From Basidiobolus meristosporus CBS 931.73 (Eukaryota; Fungi; Basidiobolomycota), in assembly GCA_002104905.1 (NCBI GenBank), contig MCFE01000560.1, positions 1 to 57,919 on the forward strand: 57,919 nt of DNA. The letters run 5' to 3'. The notes below the pieces were generated by a model that saw nothing but the letters and a program-made list of their open reading frames with translations, ran no database searches and was not told the DNA's origin. Numbering within the stretch: the stretch's first letter is position 1; each line of letters starts with the position of its first letter. Of this stretch, positions 1 through 12,058 are shown one piece after another. A program made the position numbers and the translations under genes.

Positions 1-158
1 AAAGCCTTGGCATATCACCCCAGAACTAATGGAGTCACTGAATGCTTTAATGGATTATTTGGAAAAATGCTGATCAAGTATGCAAATGGAGCTGTCAGTA
101 GATGGGATGAGTGTATAGATCAAGCACTTTTTGCCTGCAGAGTCAGAGTGCACAACAC
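1..158 (+). pseudogene. pol: Ty3/gypsy (family H) integrase core fragment, interrupted by G1
   Basis: Frame 1 reads KALAYHPRTNGVTECFNGLFGKMLIKY...ALFACRVRVHNT. It continues after G1 at 6497 as (N)TT*QSPFYLVYGCEPRIP. Confidence 0.9.
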
Positions 159-546
159 TGTGGGTTATTACTGACTGTACTTGGTGAGTGGGAGAGCTTG
201 TAGGTCAAGTCAGTACCACTTGGTTCAGAATAGCTTCCTATAGAAGGTAGCAAGGTAATAAAGACTTCTGTTTATTTCGTCCAAATCTTGTTGTTCTTCC
301 TGGTTCAATTGGGTAGATATATATATCACTTGGGGGGGGCTTAGACAATATACAATGTGTTATAAAATAGGGGTGTGAACACCTTCCTGTTATGGTAAGT
401 GTTCTAACTAGATAAGGGCAGGGATAGGAGGGGAGGACGCGTGGGGGAATCATAGGGAGGGTACTGGAGGACTTTGGGTAGGACTCTGGAGGGAACTCTT
501 GGGAGAACTCTTGGGCGAAGAGTGGGTACTACATTGAGTACTCACA
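159..546 (-). repeat. G1 3' LTR (388 bp)
   Basis: Direct repeat of 6110-6496, 34662-35049 and 37778-38165. On the minus strand a TATATATAT run is followed by AATAAA. Confidence 0.97.
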
Positions 547-590
547 TATCCCGGGGGTTAAGTGGGAGCTTTGTCCTCGAAGTTCTTTGA

Positions 591-1760
591 CTAACTCGCT
601 TCTCCAGGATCAATTTTGTTTACGGGGCATGGGGAGTCACCGTAGTACCATTGCTGGTTGTCACTTGCGAGGGGATCGTGGGCAAGTACCTGATACCATT
701 TGGCAGCAGAGTGGGGTGCGGCCTGTGTTGCTCGAGGGATGTTTTCCACAGAGCCAAATAGTTGGCGAACCATAGGGTTCTGGGTAAGTTCCTCGGGAGG
801 GTCGGAGAACGAGAAAAGGTGCAGTAGCGCGATAAAGTCTTGCTTCTTTATCTTGCAAACGTTATTGGGGCTTGTCCTTTTTGTGTTCAATATGATGGCG
901 GGGGACCTTTTGAAGAGGGTGTACACTTGGTCGGCAGTCACCCGTTGTTGATAACAAGTTTTTGCTTCTTCCGAGACGTATTGTAGTTCTTCCGTAGAAA
1001 CTGTGGCGTGATCAAGGTGCTTTCATACTTGCCTCATGGTTTCTACAGGATCCGTGGCGGTTTCTTCGGCTTCTTGGAGTTGGACTTTGTACTGATTCCT
1101 GAGTTGTCCTATGGTAAACCACTGTAATAGTTGTAACACAGCAACTCGGTGGATTGCATGGGTTAACTGGCCGGTGTATTTAATCCGTTTGCGTATCTTC
1201 TCTAGGATGGTTCCTTCTTGGAAATGTGGTTCAAGATGTTCACAAATTTCTTGGAGGAGTGCTTCAATTGGGAGTCCTACTTCTGGTGCTCTTGCAGCTT
1301 GTACCAGGTCTGCGTATACCTCAACAACTGTGGTACCTATTAATGGCAAGTATGCAACAAAACAGGCGGGCTCTTGAGGTCTTGTGAGGGCGCGACAGTT
1401 GATTCCTTGTGTCCTCTGTCTGACTGTGTCCAGTATGGATACGGGAATCAGCGCAGCGTCCTTCTCCTTAATGATCAAGGAACCTCCTCTTAGGTGGTAC
1501 ACGGTCTTCTTGGGTAGTATCTCCATGCTTTGTATCAGCGTGGGTAACTTGTCTTGTCCCTCTCTGATTGTGTCTTGTATTAGCGTGACTGCTCCGGCAA
1601 ACAACTCTTCATAGGTGGCTCTTGTTGCACGTAACGCTCGTACCATATCTCTTAACACTTGCAGGTCGGTTTCGTTTTCAATATCATCTTGGTTCTTGCT
1701 AGTGGGAGGGGTATTGCCAGTTTTGGGTGAACTGTTTCCTTTGGCGCTTTCCATATGCAT
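591..1760 (-). pseudogene. G1 extra ORF3 of unknown function (~389 codons, one internal TGA)
   Basis: Track ORFs 1023..1760 and 591..941 are in the same frame. The bridge after the TGA at 1023-1025 is open (RQV*KHLDHATVSTEELQYVSEEAKTCYQQRVTADQ). It fills the integrase-to-LTR interval in the sense orientation. Confidence 0.7.
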
Positions 1761-1889
1761 TCTTTTGTTCTCCCCTTTGGGCGAACTCCCTCGCGCATAT
1801 TATTTGTACCTATATCAACTAAAATCTCCTCTAATAAACTTCAAATGTATCCCATGTCTTCCTCTATCCTTGTCCTGATAATTGTTTAA

Positions 1890-4800
1890 TCACACTTCAG
1901 TCTCAGTGATGATTGGTGGATCATCATGAAACGGTTTCAGATGGGCTGGCGCTACGTTGCTGATTGTCTTATTATTCAGGGTGATGGTGTACTTTGGTCC
2001 GTGGTCCGAACTGATAACAGTGCATGGGCCAATCCATTGCGGTGTAAATTGTGGGCGGAACTTGAGGCCTGCAATGGTTTGGTTGTACCACACCTTATTG
2101 CCTGGTTTCCACTTTTGTCTTGTTAGTTTCTCATTTTTGGGTGGAGGGGGAAGGTGCTTGTCAACATTTTCAAATACTTTTATGTATAGGTAGGCGATAC
2201 GGTGTATCAACCTTTCTATATAGTTGTTATGTGTCATCAGTGGGACACCTTCCATCGTCAATCCAGCTTCCTCCCGCCACTTGGGTCTTTGTCCATATAG
2301 GATTTCATATGGGGAGAAACCCATCGTTTTACTCAGTGTGGTGCGCATTGCTAGGAGTGTCAGTGGGAGCAACTTGGCCCATGATTGGGGAAGTTCCCAG
2401 TGAAGCTTCTCCAGTATGCAGCAACACGTCTGGTTCATCCTCTTGGTTAATCCGTTAGTCTGGGGGTGATACGCAGCCGTGAAGACTTGTTTCACGCCCA
2501 TCATTTTGCACAGGTGGGCCACGGTGTTGTTCAGGAAGGAACCACCATTGCCGGACAGGAGTATCTGAGGATATCCGTGTCAGCAGATGAGGTGTTCTAG
2601 AATGAATCGGGCGGTTGTCTTCTGATCTTTATTGCGGATGGCTTGGGCTTCTACCCACTTTGAGAAATAATCGGTAGCGATTATTATGTATCGTTCTCCT
2701 TTCTTTGTTTTCATAAAGGGGCCTACAAAGTCAATCCCTACTTGGTGGAAGGGCAGGTCAACCGGTATTGGTGCGGTTGTCCCTATCTTCTGACTCCGGT
2801 TGAATCTTTTGCAAGTGGTGCATCTTCGTAACGTATTTGTAATGTTGGTCATCATTTTTTGCCAATAAAACGTTTTTCTTAACATCTTATATGTTGTTAG
2901 GGGGTTAGCATGTCCTAATGACATATGTCTTTCTTGTATGATGTCTTCACGGGCTGCTAGTGGGGGTACCTTGGCTCTGGACTGTCCTTGGAGGAACCAT
3001 AGTCGATTTTCTTGTACTTTGTACTGACACCATTTCCTTCAAAATTCTCTCTTCTGTTTGTTTGTAACAACGTGTTTGGGATACCTCCCTTTCTTTTTAA
3101 AGCAGATTACGTCCTTGTACTCATCACTGACACATATTTGGCAAACGGGATAGCAACTGAGGAAGTCTGCATCCTGGTGTTTCTTGCCAGCGTGGTGAAT
3201 TATTTCAAAGTTGTATTGCTGTAGTCGTAGGGCCCAACGTGCTAGTTGGCCGGTAAAGTCTTTAGTTTTCATCAGCCAGACCAGTGCGCTGTGGTCCGTT
3301 ACTATTGTGAATCGGCAACCATGTATGTATGTATGGAATTGTTTAATTGAATAAACAACAGCCAGACATTCTATCTTGGTAACGGGGTAGTGGCATTTGT
3401 GTTTGTTTAGCAAACAGCTCACGTAACCGATTGGGTGGAATTTGCCGGGTTGGTGGTATTGTCCCAGTACGGCGCCTATACCGGTGAGGCTTCCATCACA
3501 GTTAATAAAAAATCTCGCATCCCAATTGGGAAATCGTAACACTGGCGGTGACGTCAGGGAATGTTTCAGCTGATTGAATGCTCTCTTTTGAGGCTCCGAC
3601 CATACAAAACACTGGCCCTTTTGCGTCAATTTGTATAGGGGGGCTGCTATTGTCGCAAAGTTTTTGACAAAGCGGCGATAGTAGCCAGCTAATCCTAGGA
3701 ATCCCAACACTGCATTAATGTCCTTTGGTGCAGGTGCATTTTGAACGGCTTTCAGGAGTGACATAGATGGGTATATTCCATCTGCTGAGATCTCGTGGCC
3801 CAGGAACAACAATTTTGTATACAGGAAATGGCACTTCTTGGGATGTAGTTTGAGTTGGTTCTTGAGGAGGGATGTCAGGATACATTGCACGTTGTGTATA
3901 TGTTCTTCTACATTGGGGGAATATATTGTGATGTTGTCCAGATACACAAGGGCGCATTCCCATTGTAGATTTCCTAGCACCTTGTCAATCATCCTTTGGA
4001 ACGTAGCAGGGGCATTGCACAAGCCAAAGGGTAGTTGGTTCCATTTGTATAATCCAAACAATGTTTTAAAAGCGGTTTTGGGTCAATCTTCCGGGGCTAC
4101 TTCTACTTGCCAATACCCGGAGATTAAGTCAAGAGAGCTAAAATATTTAGCTCCAATTAATTTGTCCAAGAGGTTGTCTATTTGCGGTAGCGGATACACG
4201 TCCTTCCGGGTGACGGCGTTCAATTTCCGGTAGTCAATGCAAAAGCGTTGCTTTCCGTCTTTCTTTGGGACTATCACCACGGGGGAGGCCCACGGAGACT
4301 GGCTCTCTGTAATGATGTCATCTTTTAATAAGGTTTCAATCATCTCTTTGATATAGTCTGTGTCAATTTTCGAATTCCTATAGGCTTTTTGCTTGATGGG
4401 GTATTTGTCGGCAAGGTGGATTTGGTGATATACCCCAGGTATATGACCAATTACTTGGTTCTTAGAGAATACTTGGGCAAGCGGACGTATTCCTTCTAGG
4501 AATTTGTCTTGTAATGTAGGCAGTAGACCGGGGTCCACATCTAGTTTGGGGAGTTCTTCTTCTGGTTCTTCATTTGGAGGTGGTCCTTGGTCGTTTCCGT
4601 CAACTTCCTCTAAGTTTAACAATGGCACTCCTCTAGGCAATGTCACCGTGTGTCGCCTGTTGTTAACCACTAAGCATTTCAGGCTTTGCGTTTCAAATTT
4701 CGGTGGTATCCATACTTTAGGGATCAAGATTTCTTCCAGTTGCTCGGATGCTTTTGCTGTGGTTATCATTCTTCCGCTTGTTGAATAAGCTATTGGTGTT

Positions 4801-5429
4801 TCTAATGAGATCACCGTCTCACTGGCGGGTGGTATTTTTATCACCTTTTGTGTGATGATCGGAGACTGCGACGGTTTCACCTCTTCAATCGTCACACTGT
4901 TGCTACGCGCCTTGCTCTCATTGGTGATATGAAACAGTGGGATACTCTCGGTATCCCACCTGAGTTCAGATGCACTGTAAAGTATATCCATCTTATGTTG
5001 GATAAACCAACTCTTGCCAATGAGTAAGTCGTTGGCTACGACGGGTAGGACCACAACATCTTGGCGTATTATCAAGTTGCCTAGCTGAATGGGGCAATTA
5101 GGCACCACACCTACTGTTGTATCCAGTTGGTCATTTGCTAGCTGTACTTGAATGGTGTTGTTGGGGACTATATTTAGTTTTAGACATTTCGCTAATGACT
5201 CTGACATGATCAACGTAGAGGATCCTGTGTTGATAAGGGCAAGAATCTCCTTATTCTCTATATGTACCTTTACGTATGTACCTTTATTCGGTTTTTGCAG
5301 GACCGTCTGGTTGACATGGAGGGTTGTTATCTCCTTCAATCCCTCTATCAGTTCCTTGACTAGAGCCGGGGCCAGTCCCAGTAAATTGGTTATTGGGAGG
5401 GTTGCCTTGGTTTGCTCTAGTACCTTCAT
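1890..5429 (-). pseudogene. pol: G1 pol (protease, RT, RNase H, integrase) with in-frame stops
   Basis: Motifs LINTGSS (DTG>NTG), SPWASPVVIVPKKDGKQRFCIDYRKLN, YLDN, CDGS, TDHSAL, HH-CC zinc finger, VGIDFVGP, YHPQTNG, GPY/F-like WIGP. In-frame TGA stops at 4083, 3039 and 2580. Confidence 0.95.
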
Positions 5430-6068
5430 TATGGGGAATAGGCCATGGACATTGTTGATTGAGAGTTCTTGGACCTTTCGCTGTAATTCCTCTAACTAAC
5501 GGTCTTTTGGGGAGGCAATTTTTCCTTTCTTACGGGGGATCCCTGTCCTTTGATCATTCGTATCACTATAGGGTAGCCCCCATAGCAAGATGACCCCTTG
5601 TACTTGTTTGACCAACTCTTGCAACGTTTTACATCCCTGTTGTTCTTTGGACGCCCTACGTCTTATTTCATTGTCTAAGCCCATGATGTAATACCTCATG
5701 AGCTGTTGTTCGGCAATTTCATCCTTTGGGAGACATCAAACTTGTTGGAGAAACAGTTCAGTGTAGGCTTCATAGCTTTCACTGCTTTTCTTCCGTGAGG
5801 ACAGTAGAAGGGCTTTGTAGTGGTATCCTTTGGCATATAGAAAGCGTGTCTTGTAGGCTTCTTCTAGTGCATCCCAGTTGTCTTTGACTGCGTCTTCCAA
5901 CCCATAATGCCATCGCCATGCTGATCCTTCTATATGTCTTGCAAACTCTCTTACTTTCTTATTGTTGTCCCATCCTGCATCAACCGCAACTCTCTCAAAC
6001 TTATCGAACCACTCAAGGGCTTTCTCTCTCTTTCCCTTGTATGTTTTTAGTTTGATTGTAGTAGTCAT
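5430..6068 (-). pseudogene. gag: G1 gag, with stops and a 436-bp internal deletion
   Basis: MTTTIKLKTYKG...WFDKFERVA...WDALEEAYKTRF; TGA at 5736 and TAG at 5496. The zinc-knuckle segment present in G2 (36678-37113) is absent. Confidence 0.85.
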
Positions 6069-6093
6069 TACCTCACTTGTGCCTATTTCCGCA

Positions 6094-6105
6094 GAGACGG
6101 CACCA
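6094..6105 (-). promoter_or_regulatory. Primer-binding site, tRNA-His-like
   Basis: TGGTGCCGTCTC lies 4 nt after the 5' LTR and is complementary to a ...GGCA-CCA 3' end typical of tRNA-His. Identical in G2 (37762-37773). Confidence 0.65.
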
Positions 6106-6109
6106 AATA

Positions 6110-6496
6110 TGTGGGTTATTACTGACTGTACTTGGTGAGTGGGAGAGCTTGTAGGTCAAGTCAGTACCACTTGGCTCAGAATAGCTTCCGATAGAAGGTA
6201 GCAAGGTAATAAAGACTTCTGTTTATTTTGTCCAAATCTTGTTGTTCTTCCTGGTTCAATTGGGTAGATATATATATCACTTGGGGGGGCTTAGACAATA
6301 GACAATTTGTTATAAAATAGGGGTGTGAACACCTTCCTGTTATGGTAAGTGTTCTAACTAGATAAGGGCAGGGATAGGAGGGGAGGACGTGTGGGGGAAT
6401 CATAGGGAGGGTACTGGAGGACTTCGGGTAGGACTCTGGAGGGAACTCTTGGGAGAACTCTTGGGCAAAGAGTGGGTACTACATTGAGTACTCACA
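6110..6496 (-). repeat. G1 5' LTR (387 bp)
   Basis: Repeat of 159-546; adjacent to the PBS and gag. Confidence 0.97.
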
Positions 6497-6955
6497 AACA
6501 CTACCTAACAATCACCATTTTACTTAGTGTATGGATGTGAACCAAGGATTCCAGGAGATCTCACACAACCCAAGCTTACAGATGCCATAGAAGATGAACT
6601 TAGTCAGCCCAGTAGACACCAGCAATTGGAACAAAGACAACAAGAGGCACAGGCCAAAGTATCTCAAAGTGCACAAAAGATGAAGCAGAGATTGGATAAG
6701 ACTATAGCACCAGAAGCATTGACAGTTGGGAACTTTGTATTGCTAAGAAACAACACTTGGAAGAAGTTTGAGCCACAATGGACAGGACCATTCAAGATCA
6801 TCAGAGAATGTCCATTTGCAACTTACCAACTAGTGGATAAACAAGGGAATATCTGGGAAGATTTAGTTCACAGAGACAGGCTCAAGCTTGCAAGACTTGT
6901 TGACAATACTGAACCATCAAGATATTGGTATCACAAGAAAAGAGATTCAGGATAA
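6497..6955 (+). pseudogene. pol: Family H gypsy integrase C-terminus
   Basis: SPFYLVYGCEPRIP...KFEPQWTGPFKI...YQL...VHRDRLK (GPY/F domain). Confidence 0.9.
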
Positions 6956-6980
6956 CCCTCTCAACTTTAGTGGGGGAGAA

Positions 6981-7349
6981 TGTTATGATCTGCCGCTTGA
7001 ATGTCTAAGTTACATCAGCTTTTAGTCAAATCAATTAGTTAAATGTTTAGGTTATCAGTATATCAATATTATCTATCATATCAGTAACATTAGTCAGCAA
7101 GTGAATCAGCAGATCCTTATCAGACAGAAATAGATATATTAAGTAGGATCTTATTGTGTGATGATGATGCAATCAAATGAGTCATCAGCCACAACCTACA
7201 TTAGGAAATACAATTAGTCAGCAATTGATCTGGCAAAATGTATATAAGGAGCTGCTGGAACCTCAATAAAGATTAGTTCAAGTTTTAGTGAATACAATAC
7301 TATCTAAACTCCCTATTCCTCTACAACTCTTATACCAAGACTAGTAACA
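6981..7349 (+). repeat. Family H 3' LTR (369 bp) preceded by PPT
   Basis: PPT AGTGGGGGAGAA at 6969-6980, then TGTTATG...AGTAACA; contains TATATAAGG and AATAAA. Homologous to 11692-12058. Confidence 0.92.
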
Positions 7350-9238
7350 TTATCTTCCTATGTCCCCACACATCTGCTCCATAGGAAACTTGCAAAAAGA
7401 GAAGCAAGGTCCAATATTCTAGACACTCCACACAAGACAGAGAAGCAAATGGATACAGTAGCAGCTGAGATCAATGTGCTCAGCTATATATTTATATTAT
7501 AGCCACTCCAATCCTGTCACAAACTCCTTGCACAAGAGCAGCAGATGCGCCAAGTTGGCATTGGTGATCTGCATCTGGATAAATATTCCTACAATGTCCA
7601 CATATGACTCCCAGTGCTTCCAATTTACTCTTGATGGAAGTGGCTTCAGAAGGCCTTTTGAACAAACAAGTATCCAGTTCATCTAGTCCTTACACTTGTA
7701 TTGTTGCCTATGTGTATTAATGTTGATTGGTGCCTGTGAGAGGTACTTAGTGAGCAGTACTTAGGGTAGCAGATACTCTTTAATATCTTGCCAATTCTTT
7801 CAAATTTCTCCGGTTTCTCAAAGGGCCTATTTAGCTTCAAATGCCCCATATATAACTTGGTCATCAGTATAGGGATGTTGTTGAAAAGCATATTTGTTGC
7901 TCACAGTGGAAAGCTTTTGCTCCAACAGATACCCTCTATCTTAAGCATCTCCAGTTTCCAATTGATTCCACATTCTGGCTAATGGCTTAGAGCTTGCCAA
8001 CTTTGGTGCCATTGCATACTGACTTCTGTACATTCTCTCAGCAGAAAGCTGATGTTCTTAGTGTTGGTGTTTTGGTAATAATAATATGTGTTATCTATGT
8101 AGTAAGCCCCTTGGTTCTTGCATATTTGACAGTCATACCACGCATTGTGCCCAGAAAAGCCAGCTGTCTTGCTGATGGCTGGGGTATCTCCAATGCAGAT
8201 AATGATATGCACTTATACACAACAGCCATTTACTGTTATTGTGCTGGAAAGCATATAAAGCTCATCCAACAATGGATACAGGTAGCTATCCAGGTTAGAT
8301 GGTGATTTAGGACCAGATACCAGTAAGACTAGCATCAGATTTCTGCTTGGATACCATGAGATAGGCAGCATATTCAGGTTGATAGGAACCAGTTGCCAGC
8401 AGAACTTGCTGGTAGAATACCAGCCTAATTAGAATCTTTCATGTGCCAAGGTAAAGGCTTGGTCATATGTACCTTCAAGATAGCCTGCACTTCTTAGTTG
8501 TTTGCAATGTTTGCCATCAAATATGTTAGTTATGTTTGCACTTGATTGCTACAGAGTGCAATACTTTATAGCTTCACAACATATGTTGGACTGCATAAGC
8601 TTCTCTAAACAGGGTATTACTGGAATATATCCAGAATGCTAACAATGTTTTCCCCCAAAGGTGGTGAATTTCTTACAAGTTGGACACCTTGCAATGATGG
8701 CATTTCCTAGTGCAAATGCCATGCTACTGTTAACACATACTGGTATCAGGACAGTCTCTGGGTCATATGTTGTCAGCCACATGACAGTTTTCCATTGACA
8801 CCATATATATGGCAAGTTGCATCCCAGGATGAAATTGTTGAGAAGTAGTAGTAAATCTTCAAAGCCCCCATTACTGATACAAGTGGTAACATGTCACTTC
8901 TCTAGCCACAACATTACATCATTCACCAGAGGATGAAATATTGGGCTCACTTGACTCCATAAAGTTTTAATGGCATTTTTGTCCATGCTTGTTGTCTTGT
9001 TGCATAATGCGATTTTGCCAGACAAATGCAGAGTACTGTTGTTAGGGGAGATAGGCTCACAATCTATCAGTGAGGCTGCTTTTTCAGAGGCATCACTCTG
9101 CCTGCCATATTGCACACACTGGGGTGAGCCTAAAGGCATCACAAACTCTCCTGAATTGGTTTGCAAAGTGACAAGTATGGCCAGAGGCTGCTATAGAAGT
9201 ACTAAGTGGTTGGTAAGATATTATTAGTATAGTAGTGA
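7350..9238 (-). pseudogene. CACTA/EnSpm-like (Tnp2-type) transposase relic, unit U1
   Basis: Collinear with 53750-55600. Motifs DGKHCKQL, SGPKSPSNLDSYLYPL, IICIGDTPAISKTAGFSGHN, FPMEQMCG. Confidence 0.8.
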
Positions 9239-10690
9239 CCAAAAAATGAAGCAAAGTTTGCTGGTTCCCAACCAAACCTCACTGCTGACAGTAGTAGAAG
9301 AGCAGTTGGACAACAGCTTGCTTTGACATGCAGAGCAACAAGCTGTGCCACAACCCAAAAAGACCCTGTGGACAGTGTGCCCACTGAAGGTAATAATGCA
9401 GACTCCTCAGGCTCCCAGTCAAGTAGCCAATTGGGAATCTCTGCAAAGTCACAAGCTGACCATATAGCCAAGGCAGATGTGAATGTAGCCAAAGCAGTAC
9501 CTTCAGTTAAAGACTAGCAAGTGGCCATCATGACATCACCACTACCTGTATTAGCAAGTATGTTGTCAGCTTGTACCAAAGCATTAATGAGATAATTATG
9601 TGCAGTGGCTGATAGCATAGATGCAATGGCCAAGAGAAATAAACAAATAGTCTAGAAACAAGATTAGTGAATAAATGGTGTAGAGCAATCAATATGCCAA
9701 ATAGAGAAAGCAGTATTTTTGCTGCAAAGTAGGAAGTCAAGTACCTCAATGTCACAGCCAACAATTGGGCCATTTCCCAATGTAACAGCAGAGGAACACT
9801 GTACAGTCTTTAAAGCACAACAAATGTGCACAAAGATAAAGCCCAAAGGAATACATGTCACAGCTTGGGAGGGAGATAATGCAGTATAATATCAAAGCCT
9901 AAAAGTCAAAAGCAATTGAAGATCCATCAAGCTGTTGAGTGCAAAGATGAAGATTGGGCTAATATTCAAGAGTCTGTTAGAAGTCTAGCATGCCAACACC
10001 TTGAGGCTGGCATGCTATGGGACCATCAGGAACTCAAGGCCAACCAGAATGCACTTGACTTGCTCCATGAGCATTATCCTGGATTCAAACAAGCAAATGG
10101 ATTTTGGGCCAGCATTGGTATGCCAAGAGAGTATTTTAAGAATAGCAGAAACTCTCAAAGGCAGAAGAACAAGGATGCAATGGCTAAAAACCAGCAGCTT
10201 CCTCAAGAGCCCTTTACAAGCAAGACTCAAAGCTCCCAACAAGAGTCAAACAGGCATATAGTAGATGGAAGAGTGCCAATAAGGGAAAGCAGGCAGACAC
10301 AGATGCACTAGCACAGCATTTACCAAGGAAAGAGTGTATTTCTACTCAAGAGGCACTCAGTCAAAATAGCAGTGAAGGACCTGGCAGTGATAAAAACAAG
10401 GAGCTACCTAAGGATCCCATCACAGCAATGGTTGAGAGCTTGAAATAAGCAGGAAAGAAATATCAGGTTGCCCACACAGTGTCAGCAATGAACAAGCAGG
10501 CCAAAACAGATGCATCAGAGCAGCCATTATCCAGAAGAAATGTAGTGTATTACAAGATGCATTCAGGAAAAGTAGCAGTCAAAGACCAGGCAGTAATAAT
10601 GGCAAGGGTAAAGGGGAAAGAATACACCAAAACCAGAGACAGGGAAGCATGCAAAAAAAGCTGCAGTTAAGCTGCAACATCACATCACTT
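9239..10690 (+). pseudogene. ORF2 relic, unit U1
   Basis: Collinear with 55985-57415. Includes WANIQESVRSLACQHL...WDHQELK...YPGFKQANGFWASIG and two 207-bp-type repeats. Confidence 0.8.
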
Positions 10691-10694
10691 ACCA

Positions 10695-11144
10695 GCAGCT
10701 GGATTACTAGGCACACTTGACCTCATAAAGTATCCCAGGCATCTTTTCCATGTGTGTTGTCTCATTGCACATTGGGATTTTGTCAAGCTCATGCAGGGTA
10801 CTGTTGTCTGAAGATATAGACTCACAATCCATCAGTGAGCCTGCTCTTTCATAGTTATCACTCTGCATGCCATATTCAGAAGGCTGGGGTAAGCCTATAG
10901 GCTTCACAAACTCACCTGACTCAGCATGTGCAATATCACAAGTAAGGTCAGGTGCTGTCACAGAAGTATCAGGTAGCCAGCAAGATATTGTTAGAATGTT
11001 GGTGACTGATGAATGGTCAAATTTGACCTGTGTGGTAAAACACTGGCCATGATTCTTGTAATACTTCCTGTGCTGTCTGCATGCCATAGCCATATGGTCT
11101 TTTTCACTTCTCTCATGGTGTTGAATCAATGTAGTCTTGTGCAT
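10695..11144 (-). pseudogene. Transposase 5' fragment, unit U2
   Basis: Track ORF 10707..11144 is homologous to 55247..55756 (ACRQHRKYYK..QCF). Confidence 0.75.
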
Positions 11145-11691
11145 GGAGCATACAGTTTGACACTCAACAATGTAATGCTGCTACATCATAGTTTTGTGAA
11201 TACTCATATGAATTTAAGACAGCCTTATTTCTGAGACATTGCACCTATATGAATGTAAAATTCAATGAAAACCAGCCACAGTAAGCATTATCAATAAAAT
11301 TGTGGCACTATATAAACACTTATATATAACAACATTTCCACTTTGGTTTGACTTGCTTCCAGTTATGTGCTGCCAAAAATAAAGCAAAGTTGTCTGGTTC
11401 CCATACAAGCCCCATCAGTGACAGCAGTAGAGGAACAGTTGGACAACAGCTTGCTCTGACATTCAGTGTAACAAGCAGGGCTACAACCAAAAATAGCCCT
11501 GTTGACAGTGAGCTCACTGAAGGGAATATTGCAAACTCCTCAGGCTCTCAGTCAAGTAGGCATTTGGAAATCTCTGCAGAGCTGCATGCTGAGCATAATG
11601 CTGGGGCAAATAGGATTGTTGCAAAAGCAGTACCTTTGGTTGAAGGTTAGCAAGTGGCTTTTGTAGCATCAGCACCACCTGTATTAACAAG

Positions 11692-12058
11692 TGTTATGAT
11701 CTGCCGCTTGAATGTTTCAGTTAGATCAGTTTTTAGTCAAATCCATTAGTTATATGTGTAGGTTATCAGTATATCAGTATTATCTATGAAATCAGTAGCA
11801 TTAGTCAGCAAATGAATCAGCAGATCCTGATCAGACAGAAATAGATATATTAAGTAAGATCTTACTGGGTGATGATGATGCAATCAAGTGAGTCATCAGC
11901 CACAACCTACATTGGGAAATACAGTTAGTCAGCAGTTGATCTGGTAAAATGTATATAAGGAGCTGCTGGAACCTCAATAAAAATCACTTCAAGTTTTAGT
12001 GAATACAATACTAGCTAAACTCCCTATTCCTCTACAACTCTTATACCAAGACTTGTAT
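11692..12058 (+). repeat. Solo LTR, family H
   Basis: Close match to 6981-7349. TSD ACAAG at 11687-11691 and 12059-12063; the 3' terminal CA is altered. Confidence 0.88.

Larger units (their letters stand above)
159..6496 (-). mobile_element. Ty3/gypsy LTR retrotransposon G1, near full-length, with extra ORF
   Basis: LTRs 159-546 and 6110-6496 (TGTGGG...CTCACA; about 8 substitutions and 1 indel). 5-bp TSD AACAC at 154-158 and 6497-6501. Order on the minus strand is gag-PR-RT-RH-IN. Confidence 0.97.

Noticed and set aside
238-453. 71-82 aa ORF (MIPPRVLPSYPC...) repeated at 6176, 34708 and 37824
   Set aside because: It lies wholly in the G LTR. The recurrence reflects LTR identity, and one copy is already frameshifted.
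1023-1025. Programmed stop-codon readthrough in ORF3 or gag
   Set aside because: The contexts (TGA-AAG, TGA-TGT) are not known readthrough signals, and CGA>TGA decay explains them more simply.
591-1760. ORF3 as a retroviral-type env
   Set aside because: No signal peptide, furin site or C-terminal transmembrane helix is visible; only the position is env-like.
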